IMG/VR virus record: IMGVR_UViG_3300010362_000030
Span: 1-47,882 of that record
Length of the DNA stretch: 47,882 bases
From: a virus
Lineage: Duplodnaviria; Caudoviricetes
Reading direction: 5' to 3' (one strand)
Part shown: piece after piece, positions 16,656 to 27,463 of the stretch
How the letters are laid out: each line of letters begins with the position of its first letter
How positions within the stretch are numbered: position 1 is the stretch's first letter
The notes under the pieces: generated by a model
Database searches by the model: none
Seen by the model: only the letters and a program-made list of their open reading frames with translations
What the model was told of the DNA's origin: nothing
Made by a program: the position numbers and the translations under genes

Positions 16656-18503
16656 ATGGCTCGTGTTCCAATACCAGAGATCGAAGGCCCCTCAGTAATG
16701 CCGGGTGGCATTCCTCAGCCTTATCTCAAGGTCAATGTAGGCCCTGAGGCCTTTGGCGCTCAAGTTGGTCAAGCCGCCGAACGAGGGGCTGGCGTCATTG
16801 GAAGGGCTGAACTCCAGAAAGGTGAGGCTATTGGTCAGCTTGGCAGGTCAACTGAGCAGTTTGGTGACGTGCTGGCCAAGCACGCGATCAGGATGCAGAC
16901 TGAGTTGATTGACGCTGATGCTGATGAGAAGTTCCTTGCCGCGACGATGAAGCTTGGAGAACTTGAGGCTTGGCATAGGTCTCTCGAGGGTAAGGCCGCA
17001 CTTGATGCTATGCCCGAGTTTAATCAGAAAGCTTTGGCAATTAGAGAGCAGTACAGGAACTCTATTGCTACTTCGGCTGGGCAGAGGAAGTTTGACCAAG
17101 AGTTCTCTCGTCGGCTTGGCTATACTATTGTTAATGGGGGTATCTACTCTGCAGGGCAGTTCAAGGAGTATAGAGATAAACTTGGCAAGGCTTCAGTAGC
17201 GCAGGATCAGAACACCTTCGCCAACGGCCCTCCAAGGTCGGATACTCAGACGACTACTGACCTTGATGAGATAGCAAAGAAAGCTCGCACGAACGTTTTC
17301 AAGGAAGGTGGCTCGGAGGAACAGGCTGAGATTGCTGCAAGTGTTGCGGTAAGTAATGCTATGATGCATCGAGTTGAGAAGATGGTGGCTGAGAACAGGC
17401 CCCAGGATGCACAGGAGTTTTTGCAGAAGTTTGGTCACTTGATGACTGATCCGAACCTGTACTCTCGAGCGACAAATCTGACCAAGAATGGTATGTATGA
17501 CTATGCTTCGAGACAGGTCTCCGATCAAGTCAATATGGACTTCAGGAAGAAGGACCCCGCTGATCCAGGCTATATGGATGCTAAGATTAAAAGAGCACAA
17601 GAGCTTGCTGAGGCACTCAAGCCAGGAGACGCGAAGTTTGCCGACTTGGTTGTGAGTAGAGTAAGAACTGATATAAGCATTGATAAGCAGACACGTGCTG
17701 ATAATATCAATGCCCTTTCACTCACCTTGAAAACAGCAATCCAACGCGAGGTCAAGAGTCAAGATGGTGGGACGAGACTTCTTTATGATAAGAGTCAATT
17801 CACTCCAGAAGAGCGACTGGCATACGAACGCCTTGGCACACTCGATCCCGGTCTGCAAAGAACAATCGACAAGGCGATGAAGCAGAATGCTATCTTCGGT
17901 AAGGAGTGGACTGATGAGATGAGGGCTGAGTACTACAAATGGGCAGAGATTGGCAACAGGGCTCTTGCTGGTGATCCGGCGGCAAGGGATCAGTTTATCA
18001 AATTGGTTCCTCAGTCCCTTGAAATCCCTCAAAGCGGCAACCCTGGCGGCATTCACGCACTATGGACGCTGCAACAGAGGGTTTTGAGCAATGTCCCTGA
18101 CACCCATGTTCAGCATGTTATGGGTGTTATGAAGCATATGATAAGGGATGCTGAGCTTAGTCAAGCAGATCAAGCCAAACTGCAGGTTGATCTCGTCGAG
18201 GCTGTTAAGAGGTTCCAGGCTGAAAATCAGGGAAAGAGACCTAATGATGAACAGATAATTGATATGGGCAAGAGAATGCTTCGTGGTGAGTTTGGAGATA
18301 AGTGGACTTGGAACCCAAGGTCTTGGTTTGGCCCAGGAACTCGGCTCTTTCAGAGGGAGGTGCCGTCGGCGGAGAAGCCTAAGATCATTGAGAGCCTTAA
18401 GAGGCAGAATGCTATTAGGGGTGGAAATCCTGATTATGAGCCAGATGCTGATGAAATTCAAAAGACCTATACGCATCAGTTGTACCTACAGGAGAAAAGG
18501 TAA
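16656..18503 (+). CDS. Internal virion (ejection) protein, gp15-like position
   Basis: 615 aa, helical, MARVP start, between the gp14-like gene and the giant virion gene. Confidence 0.75.
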   Translation: MARVPIPEIEGPSVMPGGIPQPYLKVNVGPEAFGAQVGQAAERGAGVIGRAELQKGEAIGQLGRSTEQFGDVLAKHAIRMQTELIDADADEKFLAATMKLGELEAWHRSLEGKAALDAMPEFNQKALAIREQYRNSIATSAGQRKFDQEFSRRLGYTIVNGGIYSAGQFKEYRDKLGKASVAQDQNTFANGPPRSDTQTTTDLDEIAKKARTNVFKEGGSEEQAEIAASVAVSNAMMHRVEKMVAENRPQDAQEFLQKFGHLMTDPNLYSRATNLTKNGMYDYASRQVSDQVNMDFRKKDPADPGYMDAKIKRAQELAEALKPGDAKFADLVVSRVRTDISIDKQTRADNINALSLTLKTAIQREVKSQDGGTRLLYDKSQFTPEERLAYERLGTLDPGLQRTIDKAMKQNAIFGKEWTDEMRAEYYKWAEIGNRALAGDPAARDQFIKLVPQSLEIPQSGNPGGIHALWTLQQRVLSNVPDTHVQHVMGVMKHMIRDAELSQADQAKLQVDLVEAVKRFQAENQGKRPNDEQIIDMGKRMLRGEFGDKWTWNPRSWFGPGTRLFQREVPSAEKPKIIESLKRQNAIRGGNPDYEPDADEIQKTYTHQLYLQEKR

Positions 18504-21500
18504 GTGCCAGATCTCACCTACGATGATGCAGCAGGGGGTATACTAGGAGCGCCTCGCCAAAAGACGATCCAAGGCGCAAGTGAGAGCCCTGACCAAACTG
18601 CAGAAGCTGCTTCTATTGCAGTTGATTTCAAACTGCCATTGTCAGTTATTCAGAATGATCTTGAGTATTATAGGCAAGAGGCTCTGAAGGCGAAGAATTT
18701 AGCTGTCATCGACAACAATAAGAACGTAAGAAACTACGTTGACAACTATCCACCAGCAGCATCAGTCTCTAATGATGATATGCTTAAGCTAGCCCGCGCG
18801 TCGCAAGTCGCTGGCGCGGTTGGGAAGGTTCTTGAGTTTTGGAAGGCTGGTTGGGATGCAGTAACGAGCGAGCACGCGGTTGAGGCCTTCTATAAGGGAG
18901 GTGGCTTCACCGAAGACCCTATTGGTATTGATCCAGAGAATATGCTGAAGTATCCACTTCTCTGGCCAATTCAGCTTATGGTCGCTGCTCCACTTGATTT
19001 TGCCATGCGAGCGCCTTTTGGTGCCCTTGGCTTCGTTGCTGGAACAGCATCGGAAACGATGAAGAACCTTGGATTTGACAATACAACAGCGAGAAGGATT
19101 GAAAGAGAGTTCTTCCAAGTTGGGCAAGCCTTTCTTATGGAAGGTGGTCGGCTGGAGATGCAGCGGCCGCAAACAGGGCTGACGCTTCCACAGCAAGTGA
19201 CGACTGGAAAGGAGGTCCTCCTTCGACAGAAAGAGGAGGCTAGAGGGATAGTTGTCCAGCCGACTCCAGAGAACATGATCGCTGCTGGCTATCGAGTTCG
19301 AGAGAACTATAATGGTCAGCCTCCAGTTGGCGCGCATCCAGTTACTGACCTCGAGAAGATCACTCATGCTAATGTCGATCGACAGGCGCTAAGTGCGTTA
19401 AGTGAGATTGTCGAGACGACTAAGACTAAGGAACGATCGCCAGAGGCTATGGAACAGTTCCTTAATACTCAATTTGATGGAGTGGTACTTGGAGTCAAGC
19501 CGAAAGAGTTGAACAAGGTCCTTGACCAGATCGAGGACCCTGCTCTTCAACAGATGATAGGTCAGCAAATTGGTGAGGCCTTAACCACTGGACAGGACGT
19601 TAAGATACCCTTGTCAAGCCTCTTCGCCAGGACTAAGCCAGAGACCCGCGAGGCTCTGCTCGATCATATCAGAACTGATCCGAATGCAATGACAGTGGCG
19701 GAAGCCGCCGAGCATGGTGCTGATATCGTCGATCATCCTGCGAGGTTTAGGCAAGTTCCTTTTGAGGGTGAGCCAGCAGGTTCTCTTCGAGAGATGTATG
19801 GAAGGCAAATTACTGAGACTGACACAGCGATCAAGCAAGCTGAAGAAAGGATTAAGACAGCAGGAGAAGCCGAAGTCGATCAACTGACTCAGGACGTGCA
19901 GCAACTCAAGGAGCAAAGAGCAGCACTCCAAACCGAACTCGAGAGGATCAGCGCCCCACCAAAGGCTGAAATCCGTTTTGAGGACGGAATGTATAATATC
20001 TACCTGAATGATGCCCTTGAGAATGGCTTTGGCACGCGGAAGGATGCTGAGAACTACCTTTCAAACTATCATCCAAATGCCTATCAGACTGTGTTGAATG
20101 ACAATATAGCGACTGAGCGGAACGTCATGGCTCTCGATCCCCTCTTTGTAGGGGAGGAAGAAAGGCCGCTTCCAGCGCCTACGGCGGCAAAGACTACAGT
20201 TGAGAAACGTGGCGAGGATAGTTACTTCATTCGATCAACAGGTGATCCTTCGGACTTGCTCTCAATCTTTGATGATCCTGAGGCTGTTAAGATTAGTGTT
20301 GCTACAGTTGGGAGGCAGACTAGAGGTAAAGGCATTGGAACAGCACTTTACGAGGCCGCAGCTCAGTTCGCGGCTGAGCGAGGCAAGCCACTTCGTTCTG
20401 ATATGTCAGTCAGCAAGGATGCTGTTCGAGTATATGAGAAGCTCAAGAAGCTCGGTTATGAGGTAACTGAAGCACCTGACGGTACTACAAGCAAGTCAGG
20501 CAAGACCAATGCTACAGCGGGCTACGTTTACGAAGTTCGTATGCCACCTGAGAAGGCTGCGACTGTTGAGGCTCCTGCGAAAACTGTAGTGGCCAAGGCC
20601 CGCGAGACTCACTTTGGTATGTCCGCAAGGGAGCACGCGGCCTATCTCAAGGATGTTGCAGAACAGCAGAAGGCTGAGGAAGAGGCCGTTTTCGCTGCCG
20701 CACATAAGGCTGCTGAGCGTCGGCAAACTCGAGAATGGAAAGAGAATGAGAAGCAGACAAGAGAAGAGGCTGCTGTTGATCTTCGCTATGGCCGTTTTCT
20801 TGCTGATGATTTCTTTAGAACTGACAGGCTGCCAAATGCCGCTGAGAGAACTCCGATGAAGCTCAGCGCTGAGGCGCTGGATGACAACTATGGCAAGGGG
20901 ACTTCTGAGCAGGTTCCAAGCTACGCCGTGACTAAGAAAGGAGGCAAGAGCGCTGATGAGGTCGCGAAGGCCCTTGGCAAGGAGTCAGGGCAAGCGATGG
21001 TCGAGGAGCTTGTTCTCCTTGAGAAAGAGCGGCGTGAAAGCAAGATGAAGGCTGGCACGTTCCGTGAGGAGGCCATTCGGAAAGAAACTGAAAAGAGGAT
21101 GACTGAGCAGTACGGGAACTTGAAAGAGAATATCAGGATGGAGGCCATTGAGGCCTTGCTGAACGATATTCAGGAGAGTCGGCTGCATAAGGAAATTCAG
21201 GCTATTGCTGCTCAGGTTGGCAAGGAGTCCCCTTGGACGAAGGCCGAACTGCAAAGGATGGCTGCAGACTCCTTCGATAAGAGAATAATGAATGATGCGA
21301 GTGTCTTTAGGGATTTTCAAAGGGCTACGGGCGAAAGTGGGAGGGAGGCTGAAAGGGCCTTACGGACTGGTGATGTTGAGGGCGCACTCGTCGCGAAGAT
21401 GCAGCAGTTCATTAACATGCTTCATGCTCGCGAGGCATTCAAGCTTCAGAAGGAGCTACAGTCCTTTAATAGGATAATAACGAGATTTGATCAGAACAAA

Positions 21501-24071
21501 GTGCTGTCCAGCATCAGCCAGCCCTATACCGATCAGGCGCATGTGCTGCTGAGGCAATTTGGCTTTGAGACTAAGCGCGATCCGCTTGAGCTTGCGCAGG
21601 CAGTCAAGGGCGAGACCCTTGAAAAGTTCGCAAGTGGAGAAGGCTATGGCTTTGGCGAGATACCTGTGCCAGATTGGCTGACGCCTGATCTAAGGACAAC
21701 CCTTGCTGATTTGACAGTGGAACAGTTTAGAGACCTGCGCGACGTATTCAAAGCTCTTGAGGGTTCAGGTCGAAGGGACAAGCAGTACATTGCTGGCCAA
21801 GAAAAGCTTATGCTTGCTGATGTTAAGAAGGCTGTTATTGAGGAAATCGAGGCCTTCGGAGAAAACAGGAGAACTCGTAAGTATGCTGAAGAAGGAATGC
21901 GTGGCCCTGGAATGTTCTTGAATGAGGTCAAGCATCAGATACTTGCTGCAAACCTTCCGTTCAGAACTATTCTGAACCATATAAGCGAGGGCAACCCGCA
22001 GGGTGCCTTGATGAAGTATGTCATCAGGGTTATTCATGATGCGGAGAATGCTGAGATAAAGCTCAGGAATGAAGTGATCGAGCAAATGAATAACCTCTCC
22101 GACAAGCGAGGCTTGAGGGAGAGGCTGAAGGACGATCATATCCTGACGTTAATTAAGAATGATATGTTCCTTGACAGGAGCGGCAACGGTGAATTTGCTG
22201 AGATGAACCGTAAGCATCTCATCAAGGTAATGCTGAATATGGGGAATGACAGTAACGTAAGAAAGCTTATTGAGGGGCATAAGCTTGTTGATCCTGCAGC
22301 GGCGGAGTTCTATGGGGCTTCGCAAGCGGAAATTCTTGAGGCGGGTCGCAATCGAGTCCTTGACTGGATCGACAGGATGGGAGCGACCAAGCAGGATTGG
22401 GAACTGGTGCAGGGGATTTGGGATATTTTTGAGAACCTTAACCATCGCGCTCAGGAAATGCAAAGGAGGATTGCTGGAGTTGGCGCGGACGTTATTCCTC
22501 CAAGGGAAGTCAAGACGCCTCATGGCAATTTCAAGGGCGGTTTTATTCGACTAGACTATGATAGCATTAGATCGCCTGGAGCAGCGATTGCCAAGGATGA
22601 GCCAATCAACTTCAAGCGTGGCCTTGCGGAAGAGGGCTATATCCGCGCAACAGTTCCTCATGGCTATCAGAAATCTCGAACTGGTTTCGTCGGAGCCCTT
22701 GACTTTGACCTTGATACTTTGCCTTGGCAGATCAAAGGCATTGTTCATGATATAGCTTTCCGCGAAGCAGTCATGGACGTGGCGAAGCTTGCTTACGATA
22801 AGGAGGTAAGACAGGCGCTGATTAAGAATGTAGGGAAGGAGTATGCTGACCTGTTCAATGGTTGGCTGAAGGACATTGCCAATCCTCTGCCTATGGATAT
22901 GGATATCCTTCAAGGGGTTAACTACGCAAGTGCCTGGTTCCGACAGAACATTATCTCAATGCTTGTTGGCCTGCGCTTGACAACGGCTTACAAGCATGGC
23001 TTGACCGCCCTCGGCCTGAGCGCTGACGAGGTTGGTTCTGCAAATCTCGTTAAATCCTATGGTAGGTTCGTTGGAGACTGGGGTAAGCTTTCCACTGATA
23101 CTTGGCAGTTCATGATGGAGAACTCAGTCGAGATGCCGAACAGGCGGCGACTTTGGGCTGAGAGCCTTGGTGGTGCTCATGCTACTGCGATAGGGCAGGC
23201 GAAGAACTTCTCAGCCTTTGTTGAGGCCTTACACAGGGCTTGGTACGAGAACACTGGAAAGAACCTACTCTCAGCTGCGGACATGATGAGACAGTGGTCT
23301 ATTGATCGAGGCTCTTTCATTGTCGCCTGGGGCGACATGCTATCAGCAGGGCCGGTTTGGGATGCAGCATACAGGAATGCGATGGACCTTGGAAGGACTA
23401 AGGCAGATGCTATCTTTGAAGCTGACCTTGCAGTTATCAAAGCCCACGGCTCGACTCGTGCAACTGAGAAGTCCGCCTTCATTCGCAAGCTGAATAAGAG
23501 CGAGTGGGGTCGCTGGGCTACGCCACTGATGAACTTCTTCAGTCATGCTATGAACAAGCAGATTGAGGCCATGTGGCTCTATGCTGACTCAGGCCGGAAG
23601 CTCAGCGAAGGAGAAATGAAGAGGGCTCTTAGCCTTAGCTACGCTGCGACCTCGAAGATCGTCACAGCCTTGATTATGCCAGCAATGATTGAGGAGCTTG
23701 TCACGCCGTTGACTAATGATGAAAGAGAAAGCTGGGGAAAGAAAACAGCCAAGGCCATCGGCCGAAACCTAACTGCAGGTTTCCCAATCGTTAACGGCTT
23801 CGGACACGCGTTCCTAACTGGACACGATCCAGCGACAGGTGGGATCATTGGTGCTGGTTTAAAGCCAGTTTGGGAGTGGGTTCAGCATCCACAGAAAACT
23901 GCCGGAGGCGATAAGGCTGCACATAATGCAACCTCCGCCTTGGCGGCCTTGAGTGGAATAGGCTATGCTGCTATTGGTGACTTAGCTGATCTGTATCGGA
24001 AGGCAGCTAGCGGTAGGCAACTGACACCTCGAGAAGTACTCACACTTAGGCCAAGGGCCAGGAGACACTAA
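18504..24071 (+). CDS. Large internal virion (ejection) protein with embedded GNAT domain
   Basis: 1855 aa, mostly helical. RGKGIGTALY...S..S.DA.RVYEKL motif near 20320-20460. Confidence 0.8.
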   Translation: MPDLTYDDAAGGILGAPRQKTIQGASESPDQTAEAASIAVDFKLPLSVIQNDLEYYRQEALKAKNLAVIDNNKNVRNYVDNYPPAASVSNDDMLKLARASQVAGAVGKVLEFWKAGWDAVTSEHAVEAFYKGGGFTEDPIGIDPENMLKYPLLWPIQLMVAAPLDFAMRAPFGALGFVAGTASETMKNLGFDNTTARRIEREFFQVGQAFLMEGGRLEMQRPQTGLTLPQQVTTGKEVLLRQKEEARGIVVQPTPENMIAAGYRVRENYNGQPPVGAHPVTDLEKITHANVDRQALSALSEIVETTKTKERSPEAMEQFLNTQFDGVVLGVKPKELNKVLDQIEDPALQQMIGQQIGEALTTGQDVKIPLSSLFARTKPETREALLDHIRTDPNAMTVAEAAEHGADIVDHPARFRQVPFEGEPAGSLREMYGRQITETDTAIKQAEERIKTAGEAEVDQLTQDVQQLKEQRAALQTELERISAPPKAEIRFEDGMYNIYLNDALENGFGTRKDAENYLSNYHPNAYQTVLNDNIATERNVMALDPLFVGEEERPLPAPTAAKTTVEKRGEDSYFIRSTGDPSDLLSIFDDPEAVKISVATVGRQTRGKGIGTALYEAAAQFAAERGKPLRSDMSVSKDAVRVYEKLKKLGYEVTEAPDGTTSKSGKTNATAGYVYEVRMPPEKAATVEAPAKTVVAKARETHFGMSAREHAAYLKDVAEQQKAEEEAVFAAAHKAAERRQTREWKENEKQTREEAAVDLRYGRFLADDFFRTDRLPNAAERTPMKLSAEALDDNYGKGTSEQVPSYAVTKKGGKSADEVAKALGKESGQAMVEELVLLEKERRESKMKAGTFREEAIRKETEKRMTEQYGNLKENIRMEAIEALLNDIQESRLHKEIQAIAAQVGKESPWTKAELQRMAADSFDKRIMNDASVFRDFQRATGESGREAERALRTGDVEGALVAKMQQFINMLHAREAFKLQKELQSFNRIITRFDQNKVLSSISQPYTDQAHVLLRQFGFETKRDPLELAQAVKGETLEKFASGEGYGFGEIPVPDWLTPDLRTTLADLTVEQFRDLRDVFKALEGSGRRDKQYIAGQEKLMLADVKKAVIEEIEAFGENRRTRKYAEEGMRGPGMFLNEVKHQILAANLPFRTILNHISEGNPQGALMKYVIRVIHDAENAEIKLRNEVIEQMNNLSDKRGLRERLKDDHILTLIKNDMFLDRSGNGEFAEMNRKHLIKVMLNMGNDSNVRKLIEGHKLVDPAAAEFYGASQAEILEAGRNRVLDWIDRMGATKQDWELVQGIWDIFENLNHRAQEMQRRIAGVGADVIPPREVKTPHGNFKGGFIRLDYDSIRSPGAAIAKDEPINFKRGLAEEGYIRATVPHGYQKSRTGFVGALDFDLDTLPWQIKGIVHDIAFREAVMDVAKLAYDKEVRQALIKNVGKEYADLFNGWLKDIANPLPMDMDILQGVNYASAWFRQNIISMLVGLRLTTAYKHGLTALGLSADEVGSANLVKSYGRFVGDWGKLSTDTWQFMMENSVEMPNRRRLWAESLGGAHATAIGQAKNFSAFVEALHRAWYENTGKNLLSAADMMRQWSIDRGSFIVAWGDMLSAGPVWDAAYRNAMDLGRTKADAIFEADLAVIKAHGSTRATEKSAFIRKLNKSEWGRWATPLMNFFSHAMNKQIEAMWLYADSGRKLSEGEMKRALSLSYAATSKIVTALIMPAMIEELVTPLTNDERESWGKKTAKAIGRNLTAGFPIVNGFGHAFLTGHDPATGGIIGAGLKPVWEWVQHPQKTAGGDKAAHNATSALAALSGIGYAAIGDLADLYRKAASGRQLTPREVLTLRPRARRH

Positions 24072-25627
24072 TGAGTGATATACCTCCGTGGCTTAGCGTA
24101 ATGCGAACCTTGACCGGGACCAAGGAAGTCCCTGGGCCGGGGGCCAATCCTGTTATCGTAGGAATGACAGATGAGATCAAACGCAAGTGGCCTGACGTTC
24201 CAGGGATGGCAGCTTACTGCGACCTGCCCGCTTGGAACAGCGACGAGACAGCATGGTGTGGAGTGGCCGCCGGATACTGCGTCACAGAAGCTGGCTTTAT
24301 GCCCCCTTTCGGCCCTACTGACACTACAAGGTTCGGCTGGGCCGACAGCTTCCGAACGTCTCCTGACTATGTACGTCTCTCAGGGTATGTACCTGGAGCG
24401 ATTGTGGTTATGAAGCGTAGCGGTGGGAACCACGTTACCTTCTTCGAAAGTGAGAGTGGCTCGAATATCAACTGCAGGGGCGGGAACCAATCCAACTCAG
24501 TCAACGTCACATCCTTTCCTAAGTCAGGCGTGACAGGGATCATGTGGCCAAAGGGTGCTCCCATGCCAGCAATGCCAAGGGCTACTATTCAGAAGGGGTC
24601 CACTGGACCTGATGTTGTTGCATGTCAGAACTCACTCGGCGTGTATCCAGCTGATGGTGACTTCGGTCCTATCACTGACAGTGCAGTTAAAGGCTACCAA
24701 GCCGCTGCAGGGGTAGCAGTTGATGGAGTGGTCGGGCCTAATACCTGGGCCAAGATAGATGAGCTGGACAAGAAGGTAGCAGCTGGTGATGATGGGCTGG
24801 ACCTGGAGCTTATTCTCATAATTCAGGATATTGCCAAGACATCACCTATCGCCAATTACAACTGGAGCGGCCGTGGAAAGAGTCCAGCAGGACATACAGT
24901 AGGTGTCGCGCTGAGCTTCGCCCTGGCTTACCAGCGGCTCAACTCCGACGATCAAGCCTGTCAGCAAATGGCCAAGGCAAATACAGGGGATAGTGCCAAG
25001 GATGTCTTTGCCTTCTACGCCACCGAGTATAAGAACCTTGGCATGGACAACAGCGCTGCTGCGCCTCCAGGAGATAGGCTAAGGCACCTGTTCGCCTTGA
25101 TCCTTGGCCTTGGAATGAGGGAGTCGAGCGGGCGATACTCTGAAGGCAGGGATATGTCGGCTACCAATACCTCGGCTGATACGGCTGAGGCCAGCTTCCT
25201 CCAGACCTCATGGAACATCAGGTCATGCTCATCGACCATTCAACCGCTGCTGCCAGAGTATTGGGCTAATCCTTGTGGCTTCAGGGCTCAGTTCAAGGAG
25301 GGCGTGACTCTGAAATCGAGCGATCTAGGCAACTTTGGTTCGGGCGCAGGAGCACAGTACCAATTCCTGAGCAAGTATGCGCCAGCGTTTCATGCGCTGG
25401 TAACTGCTGTCGGCCTGAGGAACCTCCGCAATCATTGGGGTCCTATCAATCGGAAGGAAGCTGAGCTGCGTGCGGATGCTGACGCAATGCTGAAGGCTGT
25501 GCAGACAGCAGTCGATACTTACAGTCCTGAGCCTGTACCGCCTGAGCCAGTGCCGACAGAGAATACTGTCAGCATCACGACTACAGGGAACGTGAAGGTC
25601 ACTGTCAATGGAGTGGTCATAACATGA
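24071..25627 (+). CDS. Multidomain endolysin: NlpC/P60-CHAP-like (TIGR02594-type) + peptidoglycan-binding + possible lysozyme-like domain
   Basis: DETAWCG, GNHVTF and GGNQSNSV motifs. DGDFGPITD.AVK.YQ..G..VDGVVGPNTW PG-binding repeat. C-terminal GMRESSG. Confidence 0.85.
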   Translation: MSDIPPWLSVMRTLTGTKEVPGPGANPVIVGMTDEIKRKWPDVPGMAAYCDLPAWNSDETAWCGVAAGYCVTEAGFMPPFGPTDTTRFGWADSFRTSPDYVRLSGYVPGAIVVMKRSGGNHVTFFESESGSNINCRGGNQSNSVNVTSFPKSGVTGIMWPKGAPMPAMPRATIQKGSTGPDVVACQNSLGVYPADGDFGPITDSAVKGYQAAAGVAVDGVVGPNTWAKIDELDKKVAAGDDGLDLELILIIQDIAKTSPIANYNWSGRGKSPAGHTVGVALSFALAYQRLNSDDQACQQMAKANTGDSAKDVFAFYATEYKNLGMDNSAAAPPGDRLRHLFALILGLGMRESSGRYSEGRDMSATNTSADTAEASFLQTSWNIRSCSSTIQPLLPEYWANPCGFRAQFKEGVTLKSSDLGNFGSGAGAQYQFLSKYAPAFHALVTAVGLRNLRNHWGPINRKEAELRADADAMLKAVQTAVDTYSPEPVPPEPVPTENTVSITTTGNVKVTVNGVVIT

Positions 25628-25833
25628 ACCCAGGTGTAAGCGAGGAAGCAGGTAAGGCTGTTGTCTCAACCGTCGATGCACTGAAGTCAACACCAGTGAT
25701 CCTTGGAGTGTTGATCTTCAACCTCGGCATGATGGCCTTCGTCGGGTATTTGGAGCACACTAATGGTGAGCGCTGGGAACGGACAGTAGAGCGGGCGATC
25801 AACTACTGCACACCTGTGAAGGCAGCCCCATGA
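25624..25833 (+). CDS. Small membrane protein, holin candidate
   Basis: One hydrophobic helix, coupled to the endolysin gene. Confidence 0.55.
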   Translation: MNPGVSEEAGKAVVSTVDALKSTPVILGVLIFNLGMMAFVGYLEHTNGERWERTVERAINYCTPVKAAP

Positions 25834-26189
25834 ATAAGTGGATTTACATCTTCATCTCAGTCCTTCTAATGATGATGATGATCTCTATAATGGGGTATGA
25901 CTACTGGGAACGGCAACCGCAGGTCCAGATACCGTTCCAACTGGAGAGTGCCTCGGCCCAGGTGATAGTCTGCACCGATCAGGCGACTAGAGAGAAGATC
26001 AAGGGAATGATGCTAGAGGCACTGGACGAGGCGCTTAGGCAGCACATTGTCCATATGTTCGAGATCTGGATGAAGGACGATAGAGGCCAGCCGGAACGGG
26101 CAAGGAATGGAACTGTGAATGGCATCAATGCTTATATCAAAGCCAGTCAAGGAGTGACGGCTTGGGCTCCACCCGACTGCCCAGGCTAA
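25830..26189 (+). CDS. Membrane-anchored protein (lysis accessory?)
   Basis: N-terminal TM segment. Last + arm gene; its stop overlaps the convergent gene's stop. Confidence 0.55.
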   Translation: MNKWIYIFISVLLMMMMISIMGYDYWERQPQVQIPFQLESASAQVIVCTDQATREKIKGMMLEALDEALRQHIVHMFEIWMKDDRGQPERARNGTVNGINAYIKASQGVTAWAPPDCPG

Positions 26190-27463
26190 TCAACTGGGTT
26201 CTTCAGCCCAGGCTTGAACATACTCTTACCATCTATACCGACTCCGACCTTCTCGATTTGGCCTGCCCGCTCCATGAGTTCCATAATGCGAACAACTGAA
26301 TGAGCGGGAACTTTCTTTCTGAGTTCGGATAAGAGGATACGTTCGGGACAAGCCCTCTTCTGCTTGGTCCAATAGTCATAGACCGTGTACCAAGCATCAT
26401 TGGCTGCTTGATAATCTCCTGACGATCCCATAGACTTAAAGATTTCTGGCATAGTACCTTCGGCCTCCAAGAGCCAGCCTAAAGCTGTCGTGAAATCTTG
26501 AAGGCTTATGATAAGGCTTCCTCGAGAGATAGTACTAATGATGCATAGCTTAAGAAGGTGGGCCGTTCTTCTTGGTATGTAATGGAGAAGCTTACCGTGC
26601 TGCGGGATAGGCTTGCCGCCTCCAGTATGCCAGTCAGTAATTGCATCAGCTGCGTCGGACTCAAAAGTAACTTGTCCAGATATAAGCCCGATGGATTTGA
26701 GATCGTACAGAAGATGGTCATGTAGTCCTTGATGGAGGACGTAGGAGTCGTCTCTGAGAGGAGGCCTGATAGGACGGTCTCCTGAATAGACAAGGATGCT
26801 TCGTGAAGTGTAGCCTTGATCCCAGGCTCCCTCAGGAAGTAAGTCGTTGAGATAACTCGGGGTTGTCCCACTGAAGAAGTTAAGTATAGGTTTATCAATC
26901 TTGACACTAACTGAGCGAGTTCGCTTTCTATCCTCGATAGGTTCTCCATCGTACACCTTCGTTAGCAGGTTAATGAATGAAGGCTCATAGGCTGGCAGGA
27001 ACACTCCGAGTTCAGAGGCGATCGCTGTGATAGCATTGTACTCAAGGTAAGCAGGTATTGACGCTGGCCTTACGATCCTGCGCTTGGCATCGGCCAGAGC
27101 ATCAATCAACGAAGCGCTGCTGACATTGGTTGGTGCTATCACGATGTCGGGTACTTGACGAAGCAGCTTCTCGATCTGAGATAAGGCTACGCTCTTGCCG
27201 CTGCCAGGGGGTCCAACTAGCATACCATAGAAGTTCGGGAACAGGTCCATACCCTGAGTACGAACCCATACCCTTCTCTCTAAGGCCGCCGCAATAGCAA
27301 AGATTGCTGCCCATAACCTGAATATCTCGGGCGAAGGTAAGATGTCCGTGTACTCAAGAAAGCCTTCTGTCCAAGATGTCAGTCTTCGGCCAACGGAGGC
27401 GGCGACGGTCATCGGTGCCCGTAAACTTTTTGAGTCCATCACCATTCTTCTCGGAGAAGGCAC
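26186..27463 (-). CDS. P-loop ATPase, DUF3987/YfjI-like putative replicative helicase
   Basis: GPPGSGKS Walker A, ASEL Walker-B-like, L..VYDG, G.TP and GYTSR motifs. Real start uncertain because it overlaps the pol end. Confidence 0.75.
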   Translation of the reverse strand: MPSPRRMVMDSKSLRAPMTVAASVGRRLTSWTEGFLEYTDILPSPEIFRLWAAIFAIAAALERRVWVRTQGMDLFPNFYGMLVGPPGSGKSVALSQIEKLLRQVPDIVIAPTNVSSASLIDALADAKRRIVRPASIPAYLEYNAITAIASELGVFLPAYEPSFINLLTKVYDGEPIEDRKRTRSVSVKIDKPILNFFSGTTPSYLNDLLPEGAWDQGYTSRSILVYSGDRPIRPPLRDDSYVLHQGLHDHLLYDLKSIGLISGQVTFESDAADAITDWHTGGGKPIPQHGKLLHYIPRRTAHLLKLCIISTISRGSLIISLQDFTTALGWLLEAEGTMPEIFKSMGSSGDYQAANDAWYTVYDYWTKQKRACPERILLSELRKKVPAHSVVRIMELMERAGQIEKVGVGIDGKSMFKPGLKNPVD

